A stretch of DNA of 64,000 nucleotides from positions 1,272 through 65,271 of the forward strand of contig DUNF01000058.1 of NCBI GenBank assembly GCA_012839485.1, given 5' to 3'. Source of the stretch: Acholeplasmataceae bacterium (GTDB lineage: Bacteria > Bacillota_I > Bacilli_A > ML615J-28 > CAG-698). A model generated the notes under the pieces. It was not told the DNA's origin and did not search any database. It saw only the letters and a program-made list of their open reading frames with translations. Numbering within the stretch: position 1 is the first letter of the stretch; the number at the start of each line of letters is the position of its first letter. This document shows, piece after piece, positions 9,069 to 19,016 of the stretch. The translations under genes were made by a program, and so were the position numbers.

Positions 9069-9587
9069 GTGAAAATTAGATATAATTCTTTTTTCACCGA
9101 GAAAGTTGCTAAAGATTTTTTTAAATTCCATCTCGGAGTAAGAAGTAATGCTAAGTATATTTACTTAGCATTTGCTTTATTAATGGTAGGTACTGGTGCT
9201 TTTTTAGCCTTCGGCAAGGACAAGCTAGTAATAGGAATTGTAGTTATGGTCTTAGCTCCAGTACTCCTTGCAATTAGACCAATTCAAGTTAATCACATGA
9301 TTAAAAAAACTCTTTTAAAACAATCATTTATTGGTTTAAGGTATAATGTTATTTTCACTGAAGAAAAAATAGTTTACCAAACGACTAAAAGTTCTAAAGA
9401 TTATAGCTGGGACGATGTATTAATAGTAACAGAAACACAAAAGTATGTTTACTATTATACTAGCCCCAATGCAGCTATTGTTACTGAAAAAGAACTAATG
9501 GATTATAACGAGCGTAAAATCTTAAAAGAGTTTGTTTTAAAGAAATTTAAAAAGGAAGCTAAATATAAAGAATACAAGCGAGTATAA
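9069..9587 (+). CDS. YcxB-like membrane protein
   Basis: GTG start. TM hairpin (YIYLAFALLMVGTGAFLAF / VIGIVVMVLAPVLLAI) followed by a ~90-aa domain. Paralogous layout to 8252-9064. Confidence 0.5.
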   Translation: MKIRYNSFFTEKVAKDFFKFHLGVRSNAKYIYLAFALLMVGTGAFLAFGKDKLVIGIVVMVLAPVLLAIRPIQVNHMIKKTLLKQSFIGLRYNVIFTEEKIVYQTTKSSKDYSWDDVLIVTETQKYVYYYTSPNAAIVTEKELMDYNERKILKEFVLKKFKKEAKYKEYKRV

Positions 9588-9589
9588 TT

Positions 9590-10333
9590 ATGAGTGAAAT
9601 CAAACTAATTAATCTAAAAACTAAAAAGGACTTAAAGACTAAGAAAATCGAAATCTTAGATTTTTCTCATGATTTGTTTGAAGTTATAAAGAAGAGTTTA
9701 GGTTTAACTGTTCTAAAACAAAACTTTACTTTCTTAGATGAAAAGATTAATTATTTGTTGCTTGATGAAAATAAGACAATTACTTTACTAGACTTCAAAA
9801 AAGAAAACTTTGGTCAGATTTTGGGACGTAGTTTATATTTAGTTGATTTAATTAGAGAAAACTTAGGTAAGTTAAAAACTTATTTAAGCGAAGATTTAAA
9901 AAAAGAAGAAATTTTAGAAATTGATTTTAATCCAAGAATTATTGTTTTAGGAACTAACTTTACTAAATATGATCACTATGCAATCAAACAAATCAATAAA
10001 GAAATTGACTTAATTAAATGTGAGGTGTTTGATTCTAATACTTTGGTTTTAGAGAAAAACTATCAAAGTCAAAACTATTTAGAAAATGGGTTTCCTAAAT
10101 CACAATTATTTAACGAAATTAAAGAACACTTATTAATGTTAGGAGATGAAATAGTTATTAAAGAGTTTCCTCATTATGTCGCTATTAGAAGAATTGCTAA
10201 TTTTGCTTATTTATACTATGATGAGGCATTAGTTTTAAGAGTTTTAGTTGATGGTAAATATAAAACTAAAGCAATTAAAAATTCCAAAGATTTGGAAACG
10301 GCTTTAAAACTATTAGAAGAAGCTTATGCCTAA
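9590..10333 (+). CDS. Hypothetical protein (no motif recognised)
   Basis: 247-aa ORF, translationally coupled: its end overlaps the rluA-like start by 8 nt. Confidence 0.4.
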   Translation: MSEIKLINLKTKKDLKTKKIEILDFSHDLFEVIKKSLGLTVLKQNFTFLDEKINYLLLDENKTITLLDFKKENFGQILGRSLYLVDLIRENLGKLKTYLSEDLKKEEILEIDFNPRIIVLGTNFTKYDHYAIKQINKEIDLIKCEVFDSNTLVLEKNYQSQNYLENGFPKSQLFNEIKEHLLMLGDEIVIKEFPHYVAIRRIANFAYLYYDEALVLRVLVDGKYKTKAIKNSKDLETALKLLEEAYA

Positions 10334-10982
10334 TTTAGAAGTTTTATACGAAGACAATCATTTGATTGTTGTTGTCAAGGAAGAAAATCTTTTAAGCCAA
10401 AAAGATATAACAGAAGATGAAGATATCTTATCATTAGTAAAAGCATATCTAAAAGAAAAACACCAAAAGTTAGGTAATGTCTATTTAGGACTAGTTCATC
10501 GTTTAGATCGAAGAGTTGGTGGAGTGATGGTGTTTGCGAAGACATCAAAGGCTGCATCAAGACTATCAGAAGCAATTAGAGAAAGAAATTTTGAAAAGAA
10601 ATACTTAGCGATTTGTACAGGAAAAGTAGAATCGGGAATCTTAAAACATAAACTAATCAAACAAGATCAAATGGCTTTTGAAAGTAAAGAAGGAAAAGAA
10701 GCAGTTTTAGAATATAAAGCAATCAAGTATTTAAAAGAAGAAGGATTAGATTATACTTTAGTTGATGTAGATTTAATTACAGGTAGATATAATCAAATTA
10801 GAGCTCAGTTTGCCTTAATAGGTCATCCTTTAATAAACGATTTTAAATACGGCTATCAAGGTAAAAACTATTTTGACCAACTTGGACTTTGGTGTTATGA
10901 GTTAAAGTTTCCTCATCCAATTACTAAAGAACAGGTGAGCTTTAAAAAAATACCTGAAGGAGGTATTTGGTCTTTTAAATAA
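10326..10982 (+). CDS. RluA-family pseudouridine synthase (no S4 domain)
   Basis: VHRLDRRVGGVMVFAKT (catalytic Asp motif) and GRYNQIRAQF. Confidence 0.75.
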   Translation: MPNLEVLYEDNHLIVVVKEENLLSQKDITEDEDILSLVKAYLKEKHQKLGNVYLGLVHRLDRRVGGVMVFAKTSKAASRLSEAIRERNFEKKYLAICTGKVESGILKHKLIKQDQMAFESKEGKEAVLEYKAIKYLKEEGLDYTLVDVDLITGRYNQIRAQFALIGHPLINDFKYGYQGKNYFDQLGLWCYELKFPHPITKEQVSFKKIPEGGIWSFK

Positions 10983-10992
10983 GGAGCTAGAG

Positions 10993-12531
10993 ATGAAAAA
11001 CAAGAGAATCTTAATTATTGGTATTGTAATTAATATAGTTTTATTGCTTGCTTTTTTAATTGGAACTAGTTTCATAACAAAAGAAAAGTTAAAAGAAAAA
11101 GTCAATAGTTTAGATGTAGAAGTAGACATAACTAATGACGGAACAATTTTAGTAACTGAAGATTGGGATATAGAGTTCTTAGAAGAAACGAATGAATATT
11201 ATCGTAATATTTACTATCATAAATTAGAAGCAACTAACCCTTTTATTGAAGCAGATGAAGTAAACAATAATATTGCTACTTTTTCTACAATTCCTAGTAC
11301 TTATGAGCAAAAACTATTTAAGGATGGCAAGGAGATAAATATTGAAAAAGGTTATTCCTTTAATCATGATTTAGATAGAGATGGAAATATAATTGGAGGA
11401 ATTGATAGAGTTAATTTAGAAGTTTTCTATTTTAAATCTGAAGAGGTTTTACTTGGAAACTATCAGATTAAGTATAAATATAAACTAGAACAGTTTGTTA
11501 CTCATTACTTAGATTGTAATGAATTAAGTTTGCTACTAATTCAAGAGCCAATTAAGATAGAAAAACTTAACTTTTCAGTTAATTTTCCTAACCCAATTTC
11601 TAAGCCATTTGCTTATAGTAATCAAGAGCTAAGTAGTACTTTTTCAGAAAACAGCTTAAATGCTAGCGTAACTAGCTTTTATAGTTTAGATAATGACTAT
11701 TTTAGATTAAGAGTTTTGTTTGATAAAGATTCACTTGCGATTAGCAATCCAAATCACATGATGAGCTTTAATGCTTTTAATGAATTAGAATCATATGAAG
11801 CAAGACAACAAGAAATAAATAAAACAAAAGATTTACTTAGCGTAGATCAAGCAAAAACAAAAACTGCTGTTTATATTATTAATATTGTGTTAGTTGTTTT
11901 GGTAATCTTAATAATGATTATCACCTATTTATATTTTGAGAATATTATTTTTAGACCGAAAGTTATTTCTAAAGCAACTTCAATAAATGAAAGCTTACTT
12001 GATTCAAGTTTAATTTTAGATAGCTTTTTGAAAAAAAGACATTTTTTAGGTTTAATTAAAAAAATGGAGTTAAATGGGAATATTGTTAGAGAAAATAATG
12101 TTCTTATTTATAAAAATAAAGATGGTCTTTCAGTTGAGGAAACAAAGATTTTATTAGGGATTTTTCAAAAACAAAAGACAGTTACTTTAGATAAAATCGA
12201 TTATTTAGCTTTAAAAAAGAAGGTTATTGATAAAGCTGAATATGAAGACAAACCGCAATTAATTTTATTGAATTTCTTGTTTATTTTCATTTTTTATTAT
12301 ATAATAATTTATAGAATGAAGGAAAAATTAGCTTTAGATTTAATATGGACTAAGGCTTTAATTGTGGTGTTGTTTGTAACTTCACTGGTTTTCTTTATTT
12401 TGCTTCGCTTTAAAAAGAGAAAGAAATATAAAGAAGTAAAAGCTTTTAAAAATTATTTAGAAGAAGCTAAATTAAAAGATGATGTATATTTACCATATTA
12501 TATTAGTTATGGTATTATTGATTTTAAATAG
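10993..12531 (+). CDS. DUF2207-type membrane protein
   Basis: N-terminal TM, ~280-aa extracytoplasmic domain, then several C-terminal TMs. It lies immediately upstream of lemA, a pairing I recall as common. SD AAGGAG. Confidence 0.55.
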   Translation: MKNKRILIIGIVINIVLLLAFLIGTSFITKEKLKEKVNSLDVEVDITNDGTILVTEDWDIEFLEETNEYYRNIYYHKLEATNPFIEADEVNNNIATFSTIPSTYEQKLFKDGKEINIEKGYSFNHDLDRDGNIIGGIDRVNLEVFYFKSEEVLLGNYQIKYKYKLEQFVTHYLDCNELSLLLIQEPIKIEKLNFSVNFPNPISKPFAYSNQELSSTFSENSLNASVTSFYSLDNDYFRLRVLFDKDSLAISNPNHMMSFNAFNELESYEARQQEINKTKDLLSVDQAKTKTAVYIINIVLVVLVILIMIITYLYFENIIFRPKVISKATSINESLLDSSLILDSFLKKRHFLGLIKKMELNGNIVRENNVLIYKNKDGLSVEETKILLGIFQKQKTVTLDKIDYLALKKKVIDKAEYEDKPQLILLNFLFIFIFYYIIIYRMKEKLALDLIWTKALIVVLFVTSLVFFILLRFKKRKKYKEVKAFKNYLEEAKLKDDVYLPYYISYGIIDFK

Positions 12532-12548
12532 AAAAGGAGGTGTTTCTA

Positions 12549-13088
12549 ATGAGTGCTGGTTGGATTATTACATTTGTAGTTATAGGACTTATAATTGTAG
12601 GACTAGTTGTCTTAATTATTTTAATTTATGATAATTTAGTTAAAGCGCGTAAAAGGGTAAACAATGGTTGGAATCAAATTAAACTATATGTAGAGCGAAG
12701 ATTTGATTTAGTTCCTAATCTTATGGAAACACTAAAAGGGGTCATTTCTGAAGAAGAAGGTATCTTAAGTGAGTTTGCTAGGGTTAGAGGAATTTATGCA
12801 AATTCTAATACACCTATGGAGATTGCTAAGGCAGACTTCTTATTAACTAATGTTTTGGATAGATTAGTTATTGTTCAGGAAGGTTATCCTTCAATTAAAA
12901 AGAATGGTAGTTTTCAAAGATTATTGTTTGATTTAGAAGATGATAAAGTTAAGATTGTATATAGTCAAGCATATTTTAACGATGCAGTTGATAAATACAA
13001 TTTGAAACTGGTAAAGTTTCCAAGTAAAATTGTAGCTGGTTGGATGAAACTGGAGCCACAAGAAAAATACGAATATGACTATAAATAA
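12549..13088 (+). CDS. lemA: LemA-family protein
   Basis: N-terminal TM, then YDNLVKARKRVNNGWNQIKLYVERRFDLVPNL, typical LemA. ATG at 12549 is 8 nt after AAGGAGG. Confidence 0.8.
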   Translation: MSAGWIITFVVIGLIIVGLVVLIILIYDNLVKARKRVNNGWNQIKLYVERRFDLVPNLMETLKGVISEEEGILSEFARVRGIYANSNTPMEIAKADFLLTNVLDRLVIVQEGYPSIKKNGSFQRLLFDLEDDKVKIVYSQAYFNDAVDKYNLKLVKFPSKIVAGWMKLEPQEKYEYDYK

Positions 13089-13115
13089 AAACACTGGAAT
13101 TAACCAGTGTTTTTT
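13087..13115. terminator. Bidirectional terminator between lemA and rpmE
   Basis: AAAACACTGG-aattaa-CCAGTGTTTT followed by a T run. Confidence 0.8.
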
Positions 13116-13155
13116 AATAGATATAAAAAAAGCAACATGATTGTTGCAATTTTTA

Positions 13156-13371
13156 TTACTTATCCTCTTCTTTTTTAGCCAAACGTTTTTGGAATTTTTC
13201 AACTCTTCCTGCTGCTTGTACGAATTTTTGTTGGCCAGTGTAAAACGGATGACATTTAGAACAAGTATCAACTTTGATATCTTCTACTGTAGATCCAGTT
13301 TCAAAAGTAGCACCACAAGCTGTACAAGTAACCGTTGCTTTGTGATATTTAGGATGAATACCTTTTTTCAT
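13156..13371 (-). CDS. rpmE: 50S ribosomal protein L31 (Zn-ribbon type A)
   Basis: [28 protein letters not shown]...[10 protein letters not shown]; both CxxC pairs present. Confidence 0.95.
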   Translation of the reverse strand: MKKGIHPKYHKATVTCTACGATFETGSTVEDIKVDTCSKCHPFYTGQQKFVQAAGRVEKFQKRLAKKEEDK

Positions 13372-13430
13372 TTTTCTCTCCTTCCGCCATGGTTTTTATT
13401 TGCAAACCATAGTAAGTTTTATACTATGTT

Positions 13431-13459
13431 ATTATACCTTAAAGGTCCGTTTTTGTCAA
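13431..13459 (-). promoter_or_regulatory. Consensus SigA promoter of rpmE
   Basis: On the - strand: TTGACA, 17 nt, TATAAT (both hexamers perfect). The leader contains an ATGGTTT/AAACCAT hairpin just upstream of the SD. Confidence 0.7.
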
Positions 13460-13543
13460 CAAGAATAAACAAATTTGGAAATAAAAAGCTTGGATAATTA
13501 GTTTTTTAAGATTTATTATTCCTGCTATTTCACATCTAAAATA

Positions 13544-13571
13544 TTGAAAAAGAGAATAAATATGGTATAAT
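13544..13571 (+). promoter_or_regulatory. SigA promoter of tdk
   Basis: TTGAAA, 16 nt, TGgTATAAT (extended -10). Confidence 0.6.
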
Positions 13572-13598
13572 ATTATAGAAAGGATTAGAAGAGTAAAG

Positions 13599-14186
13599 AT
13601 GGAAGTACAAAGAAGAGATGGTTGGATAGAAGTTATCTGTGGAAGCATGTTTGCGGGAAAGACTGAGGAATTACTAAGAAGGTTGAAACGATTAGAATAT
13701 GCTAAGAAATCATACATGGTTTTTAAACCAGCAATTGATAATCGTTATAGTGAAACTGAAGTAGTAAGTCATAATAATAAACGTGTTGCAGGATATAATA
13801 TTTCGGAAGAGATGCAAATTTTAGAATTAGTTGCTAAGGGAAACCCAGATGTAGTTGCTATTGATGAGGCGCAATTCTTTACTGATAAGATTGTTGAGGT
13901 TTGTGAGACTTTAGCTGATCAAGGGAAAAGAGTAATTGTAGCTGGCTTAGATACAAATTTCAGGGGTGAACCTTTTGGACCAATGCCTTATTTACTTGCA
14001 AGAGCAGAATATGTAACTAAACTTCAAGCAATTTGCCAAGTTTGTGGTCTACCTGCAAGTAGAACACAAAGACTAATTGATGGTAAACCTGCATCTTATA
14101 ATTCTCCAACTGTTTTAATTGGCTCTGAAGAATCCTATGAAGCTAGATGTAGACATTGCCATCAAGTATTAAAAGATGATGAATGA
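13599..14186 (+). CDS. tdk: Thymidine kinase
   Basis: [15 protein letters not shown]-loop, IDEAQFF, and a C-terminal Zn cluster CQVCG...CRHCH. Confidence 0.95.
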   Translation: MEVQRRDGWIEVICGSMFAGKTEELLRRLKRLEYAKKSYMVFKPAIDNRYSETEVVSHNNKRVAGYNISEEMQILELVAKGNPDVVAIDEAQFFTDKIVEVCETLADQGKRVIVAGLDTNFRGEPFGPMPYLLARAEYVTKLQAICQVCGLPASRTQRLIDGKPASYNSPTVLIGSEESYEARCRHCHQVLKDDE

Positions 14187-14625
14187 TTTAGATTTTCTTA
14201 AATTAGCTTTCAAAGAAGCTAAAAAAGCTTACGGGCAAAATGAAGTCCCAGTTGGAGCTTTAATTGTAATTAATGGTGAAATTATCGCCAAAGCTCACAA
14301 CAAACAAGAAAGTTTAAAAGACCCAACACTACACGCAGAAATTGAAGTTATTAAAAAAGCATGTAAAGTATTAGGACGTAAAATATTAGATGATGCTACT
14401 ATTTATATTACTTTAGAGCCATGTTTGATGTGTGCTGGAGCAATTTTAAACGCAAGGATTAAAAAAATAGTTTATGGTGCTAAAGCTCCTAAGTTTGGTG
14501 TCCTAACTAGTTTAGGAAATGTTTTTGAAGACTTTAAATTCAACCACGAGCTTGAGGTAGTAGGTCCTTTAATGGAAGATGAAGTATCTGAAATCATGAA
14601 ATCATTCTTTAAAAATAAAAGATAG
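14176..14625 (+). CDS. tadA: tRNA adenosine(34) deaminase
   Basis: HAEIEVI and [11 protein letters not shown] deaminase motifs; 149 aa. Confidence 0.9.
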   Translation: MMNDLDFLKLAFKEAKKAYGQNEVPVGALIVINGEIIAKAHNKQESLKDPTLHAEIEVIKKACKVLGRKILDDATIYITLEPCLMCAGAILNARIKKIVYGAKAPKFGVLTSLGNVFEDFKFNHELEVVGPLMEDEVSEIMKSFFKNKR

Positions 14626-14630
14626 CAATC

Positions 14631-14659
14631 TTGAAAAAAAGAAGGGGAAATGCTATAAT
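14631..14659 (+). promoter_or_regulatory. SigA promoter of the SRP RNA gene
   Basis: TTGAAA, 17 nt, TATAAT, with the predicted start ~7 nt downstream at the base of the RNA terminal stem. Confidence 0.7.
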
Positions 14660-14665
14660 GATAAA

Positions 14666-14785
14666 GGATCTTATTTTAAGTCCCTATACCCAATATCTTG
14701 AAGTGAACCAGGTCAGGTCGTGACTGAAGCAGCCTTAAGCTTATGTAGGTATGTGGGTGTAGGCACTTAGAGTAAGATCTTTTTT
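14666..14785 (+). ncRNA. ffs: Signal recognition particle RNA, small (4.5S-like) form
   Basis: Contains ACCAGGTCAGGTC...GAAGCAGCC, matching the domain IV core I recall from E. coli 4.5S and B. subtilis scRNA. The 5' GATCTTATTTTAAGT pairs with the 3' ACTTAGAGTAAGATC, followed by TTTTTT. It lies directly downstream of tadA, as scr does in B. subtilis. Ends are approximate. Confidence 0.8.
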
Positions 14786-14802
14786 AAAAGGAGTTGATAG
14801 TT

Positions 14803-15771
14803 TTGAAAATTGGTAAATTTGAACTTAAAAACAAAGTAATTATCGCTCCTTTAGCGGGATACACTAATTATTCTTATCGCAAAATTATGAGAGAATTTGG
14901 TGCAAGTCTTTGCTATACAGAAATGATTAGCGCTAAAGGTATCAACTTTAAAAACAAAAGAACTTTAGAGATGACTAAAATAGAAGAAGATGATCATTTA
15001 GTAAATATGCAGTTATTTGGTGGTACTAAAGAAGATTTAGTTAAAGCGGCGATTTACATAGATAAATATAGCGATTGTGATATTATTGATTTAAATATGG
15101 GCTGTCCTGTAAAGAAAGTTTTAAAAGCTAAATCAGGAAGTTATTTACTTAAAGATCCTGATAATATTTATGAGATTGTGAAGGCAGTTGTAGAGAGTGT
15201 ATCTAAACCAGTTACAGTTAAGATTAGACTTGGTCAAACTAAAAATACAATTAATGTACTTGAAGTTGCAAAGAAAATTGAAAAAGCAGGTGCTTCAGCT
15301 ATTTGTATTCACGGAAGAACACAAAGTGATTTATATAAAGGCAAAGCTAACTATGATTATATTAGGATAGTTAAAGAACAAGTAAAAATACCAGTAATAG
15401 CTAATGGCGATATTAAATCAATTGAAGATGCTGAGTATGTTTTAGATTACACTAAATGTGATGCAATTATGATTGGTAGAAGTAGTATTGGCAATCCTTG
15501 GTTAATCCAAAATATTGTTAATCATTTTGAAGGAAAAGAGTTATTGGAGCCAACAGCTATTGAAAGAATACAAATGGTTAAAAAACACTATGAGTTATTA
15601 AAGGATGAGATGGGCGAAAAACTTGCTATTCTTAATTTAAGGTCTTTATTTTCTCGTTATTTAAAAGGGTTGGATGTTAAAGAATATAAGTTAAGATTAA
15701 TGAAAATTACTAAAGAACAAGAAATGAATGATTTATTCAAAGAAATGGAAGTAAAGTATGAAAACAGTTAA
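14803..15771 (+). CDS. dus: tRNA-dihydrouridine synthase
   Basis: APLAGYTNYSYRKIMREFGA, DLNMGCP, IHGRT. TTG at 14803 is better spaced from AAAGGAG than the track's TTG at 14794. Confidence 0.85.
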   Translation: MKIGKFELKNKVIIAPLAGYTNYSYRKIMREFGASLCYTEMISAKGINFKNKRTLEMTKIEEDDHLVNMQLFGGTKEDLVKAAIYIDKYSDCDIIDLNMGCPVKKVLKAKSGSYLLKDPDNIYEIVKAVVESVSKPVTVKIRLGQTKNTINVLEVAKKIEKAGASAICIHGRTQSDLYKGKANYDYIRIVKEQVKIPVIANGDIKSIEDAEYVLDYTKCDAIMIGRSSIGNPWLIQNIVNHFEGKELLEPTAIERIQMVKKHYELLKDEMGEKLAILNLRSLFSRYLKGLDVKEYKLRLMKITKEQEMNDLFKEMEVKYENS

Positions 15772-17032
15772 TACAAATATTCAAAACAATGAATTATATA
15801 TAGGTAATCATTCTTTAAAAGAGTTAGCAATGAAATATAAAACTCCTTTAATGGTTTATGATGAAGAAGGGATTAAATTGAGAATCAAACTAATTAAAGA
15901 TAGTTTTAGTTCTAAAAAACTAAAGACTAAAATCATCTACGCATCAAAAGCTTTTATAGCTCCTTATTTTGCAAACATCTTAAATGAAGAAGGTTTATGT
16001 GTAGATGCAACTAGCATAAGTGATTTTAGGTTGTTGGAAAAAGTAGGTTTTCCAATGGAAAGAGTCTTCTTTCAAGGAAATAATAAGACTGAAGAAGAAC
16101 TAAAATTAGCTTTAAATTTAAAGATTAATGCTTTTATTGTTGATTCATTTTCAGAGTTAAAATTAATTGAAAAACTGGCAAAAGCAAAAGTAGATACTTA
16201 CTTTAGAATAAATCCTTATGTTAAGGTAGATAGCCATAAACATATTCAAACTGCCAATTTAGATTCTAAGTTTGGAGAAGGTATAGATGATGTTGTTTGG
16301 GATAAAATAATTGAGTTTTATAATAATTCTAAGTATGTAGTTTTAAAAGGACTTCAAGTTCACTTAGGTTCACAAATTAAAGAAATAGATCCTTATTTAG
16401 AAGCAATAGATAAAATTTCTGATTTTAAAACAAAATTAGAGCAAAAGTTAAAATATAAAATCAAAGCTTTTGATTTAGGTGGAGGTTTTGGGGTTAAGTA
16501 TTTAGAATCTGATAGCGAGTTTCCACTAAAAGAAGGACTGAAAAAGATTATTAAGAGATTAGAAAAAACTGATTTTGAGATAGTAGCAATTGAACCAGGA
16601 AGAAGTATTGTAGGTAGAGAAGGTGTTACTATTTACCAATGTTTGAAACTAAAACAAAGTAAGTACTATAACTATTGTTTAGTTGATGGTGGTATGGCTG
16701 ATAATATTAGGCCTGCTTTATATGATGCTAAATACAGCTTTGATTGTGTTAATAATGTAATAAGCGAGAGTAAAGAAAAGTATCAGGTTGTAGGGAAGTT
16801 TTGTGAGTCAGGAGATATTTTAGGAAAAGACATTATTTTAAGCAAACTTAAAGAAAATGATTATATAGTAACATATACAACTGGTGCTTATTGTTATGCG
16901 ATGAGTTCTAACTATAATGGAGCATTAAGGCCAGCAGTTTTGTTTGTAAGTGATAAAGGTGTTAAAGAAGCAATAAGAAGAGAAACAGTTGATGACTATT
17001 TAGCTGTGTTTAATTTTAAAGGAGAGAAATAA
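15758..17032 (+). CDS. lysA: Diaminopimelate decarboxylase (group IV PLP decarboxylase)
   Basis: TPLMVYDE, YASKAF, EPGRSIVG, CESGDILG and GAYCYAMSSNYNGALRPAV match the LysA pattern. Overlaps dus by 14 nt. Confidence 0.8.
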   Translation: MKTVNTNIQNNELYIGNHSLKELAMKYKTPLMVYDEEGIKLRIKLIKDSFSSKKLKTKIIYASKAFIAPYFANILNEEGLCVDATSISDFRLLEKVGFPMERVFFQGNNKTEEELKLALNLKINAFIVDSFSELKLIEKLAKAKVDTYFRINPYVKVDSHKHIQTANLDSKFGEGIDDVVWDKIIEFYNNSKYVVLKGLQVHLGSQIKEIDPYLEAIDKISDFKTKLEQKLKYKIKAFDLGGGFGVKYLESDSEFPLKEGLKKIIKRLEKTDFEIVAIEPGRSIVGREGVTIYQCLKLKQSKYYNYCLVDGGMADNIRPALYDAKYSFDCVNNVISESKEKYQVVGKFCESGDILGKDIILSKLKENDYIVTYTTGAYCYAMSSNYNGALRPAVLFVSDKGVKEAIRRETVDDYLAVFNFKGEK

Positions 17033-17919
17033 TGAAAGTATTTGATATTCATAGTGATTTATTATATGACTTATTTAGAGGAAAAGGTGATAATAGATTT
17101 AAAGATATTCATGTAAAGCAATATAATAATTCTGTTATTAAAGGTGCAGTTTGGACTTTATATTCACCAGATGACTTTGATTTAAAAGAAGCAGTAAATT
17201 GTGCTTTAAAGAAAATTGATTGGAATGAATTAAAAGATTTTAAAGTTATTTTAGGTTTTGAAGGCTTAAGAAATTTAGAGAAGCCAGAAGATATTCGTTA
17301 TTTCTATAATTTAGGCTTTAGGCATGCTATGCTTACTTGGAACGAGGAAAACAAATATGCGACAGGTGTTAGTGGCCCAAAAGAATCTGGGTTAAAAGAA
17401 GAAGGTAAAAAGCTTTTAGATATAATGATTGAGCTTGATATGATTATTGATACAGCTCATTTAAATAAGAAAAGTTTTTACGATGTTTTAGAATATACTA
17501 ATCATAATATTGTTTATTCTCATGGTTTAGTTTATGATATTTGTGATCATAGAAGAAACCTAGATAAAGAGCAAATGCTTGCTTTAAAGAAAGCAAATGG
17601 TTTATTTGGTTTAACGCTAGCTAAAAATTTTGTAAGTAGAAAAGAAGAAGAAAGAGATTTAGAGCATTTCTTAGATCATGTAGACTTTGCAATTGAAGTT
17701 ATGGGTATAGATAATGTTTGCTTTGGCTTTGACTTTATGGATTATTTAGATGATGATTTTGAAAATGCGATGGTTAAAGAAGTTCCCGATGCTACAAAAG
17801 CCCATCTAATACTAGAAGGAATGAAAAAAAGAGGTTATAGTAAAGAAGATATTAAAAAAGTTGCTTGGGATAATTTCTATAATCGCTATGGAAACAAATT
17901 ATATAAAAGGAGTAAATAA
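17032..17919 (+). CDS. Membrane (renal)-type dipeptidase, peptidase family M19
   Basis: FDIHSDLLYD at the N-terminus and LTWNEENKYATG, typical M19. Its ATG overlaps the lysA stop codon. Confidence 0.75.
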   Translation: MKVFDIHSDLLYDLFRGKGDNRFKDIHVKQYNNSVIKGAVWTLYSPDDFDLKEAVNCALKKIDWNELKDFKVILGFEGLRNLEKPEDIRYFYNLGFRHAMLTWNEENKYATGVSGPKESGLKEEGKKLLDIMIELDMIIDTAHLNKKSFYDVLEYTNHNIVYSHGLVYDICDHRRNLDKEQMLALKKANGLFGLTLAKNFVSRKEEERDLEHFLDHVDFAIEVMGIDNVCFGFDFMDYLDDDFENAMVKEVPDATKAHLILEGMKKRGYSKEDIKKVAWDNFYNRYGNKLYKRSK

Positions 17920-19016
17920 TGTCGAAGATTAAATATTTAGATTCATTAATGGAACAAGCATTAAAAGACGAGGTTTTTCCTGGTTGTAATTATTGTTTGA
18001 TTGAAAGTGGAAATAAGCATTTTAATTCTTTTGGGTTTAAAGCTTTAATTCCTAAAAAGGAAGAAAATGATGTTGATACTATTTATGATATGGCTTCCCT
18101 TACTAAAGTTATTGCAACTGTTACATCAATTTTAATTTTGATGGAACAAGGGAAATTAAGATTATATGATAATGTAAAACAAATATTACCAGATTTTAAA
18201 AACCCTAAAACAACTGTTTTTGATTTAATTACCCACACAGCGGGATTAAAACCGGGAATTAGTTATACAGAATATATTGGTAAACCAAAAGAACAGTTTG
18301 TAAAGGCAATTTATGAATTAGAGCCAAGTAATGAAGTCGGTGAGAAAATCATTTACTCTGATTTAGGTTTTATTTATTTAGGCTGGATTATTGAGAAAAT
18401 TAGTGGTTTAAGTTTGCCTGAATTTACTTTTAAATATCTTTTTGAGCCATTAGAAATGTATCGTACAGGTTATAATTTAAGTCCAGATCTTCATAAAACA
18501 ATCGCTCCAACTGAGGTAAGAAAAGATAGGATTGCAAATGGTCCTGTAAGAGGAGTTGTTCATGATGAGAAAGCCTATCTTTTAGGTGGTGCTTGTGGCC
18601 ATGCTGGGCTATTTTCTTGTGTGAAAGATGTATCGCATTTTATGGAAATGGTTTTAAATGATGGTGTTTATAAAGGAAAGAGAATTTTATCTAAGGCTAC
18701 AATCGATTTAATGTTTACTGAACTTGCTAGTCAAAAAGAAAATGAGACAAGTGTAATTACAGAAAAAAGGTCAGTTGGGTGGACAATTATGGGTTCTTAT
18801 CCTCAATCTGGATGCCTTGCAAGTTCAAAAACTATTATGCATACTGGCTTTACAGGAACACATTTATTTATAGATAGATATAATCAAGTCGCATTTTGCG
18901 TATTGAGTAATAGAGTTCATCCAACTAGAGAGAATAATAAGATTATTGGATGGAGAGGAAGAATCGGAAATTACGTTATAAGTCATTTTGGGAAAGGATG
19001 TAAAGATGAAGTTTAA
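17919..19016 (+). CDS. Beta-lactamase-fold serine hydrolase (class C/AmpH family; possibly AmiE/YbbE-like MurNAc-L-Ala amidase)
   Basis: SxxK motif MASLTKV and YSDLGF (YxN-like position). No signal peptide. The amidase suggestion comes only from the family and the genomic context. Confidence 0.6.
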   Translation: MSKIKYLDSLMEQALKDEVFPGCNYCLIESGNKHFNSFGFKALIPKKEENDVDTIYDMASLTKVIATVTSILILMEQGKLRLYDNVKQILPDFKNPKTTVFDLITHTAGLKPGISYTEYIGKPKEQFVKAIYELEPSNEVGEKIIYSDLGFIYLGWIIEKISGLSLPEFTFKYLFEPLEMYRTGYNLSPDLHKTIAPTEVRKDRIANGPVRGVVHDEKAYLLGGACGHAGLFSCVKDVSHFMEMVLNDGVYKGKRILSKATIDLMFTELASQKENETSVITEKRSVGWTIMGSYPQSGCLASSKTIMHTGFTGTHLFIDRYNQVAFCVLSNRVHPTRENNKIIGWRGRIGNYVISHFGKGCKDEV

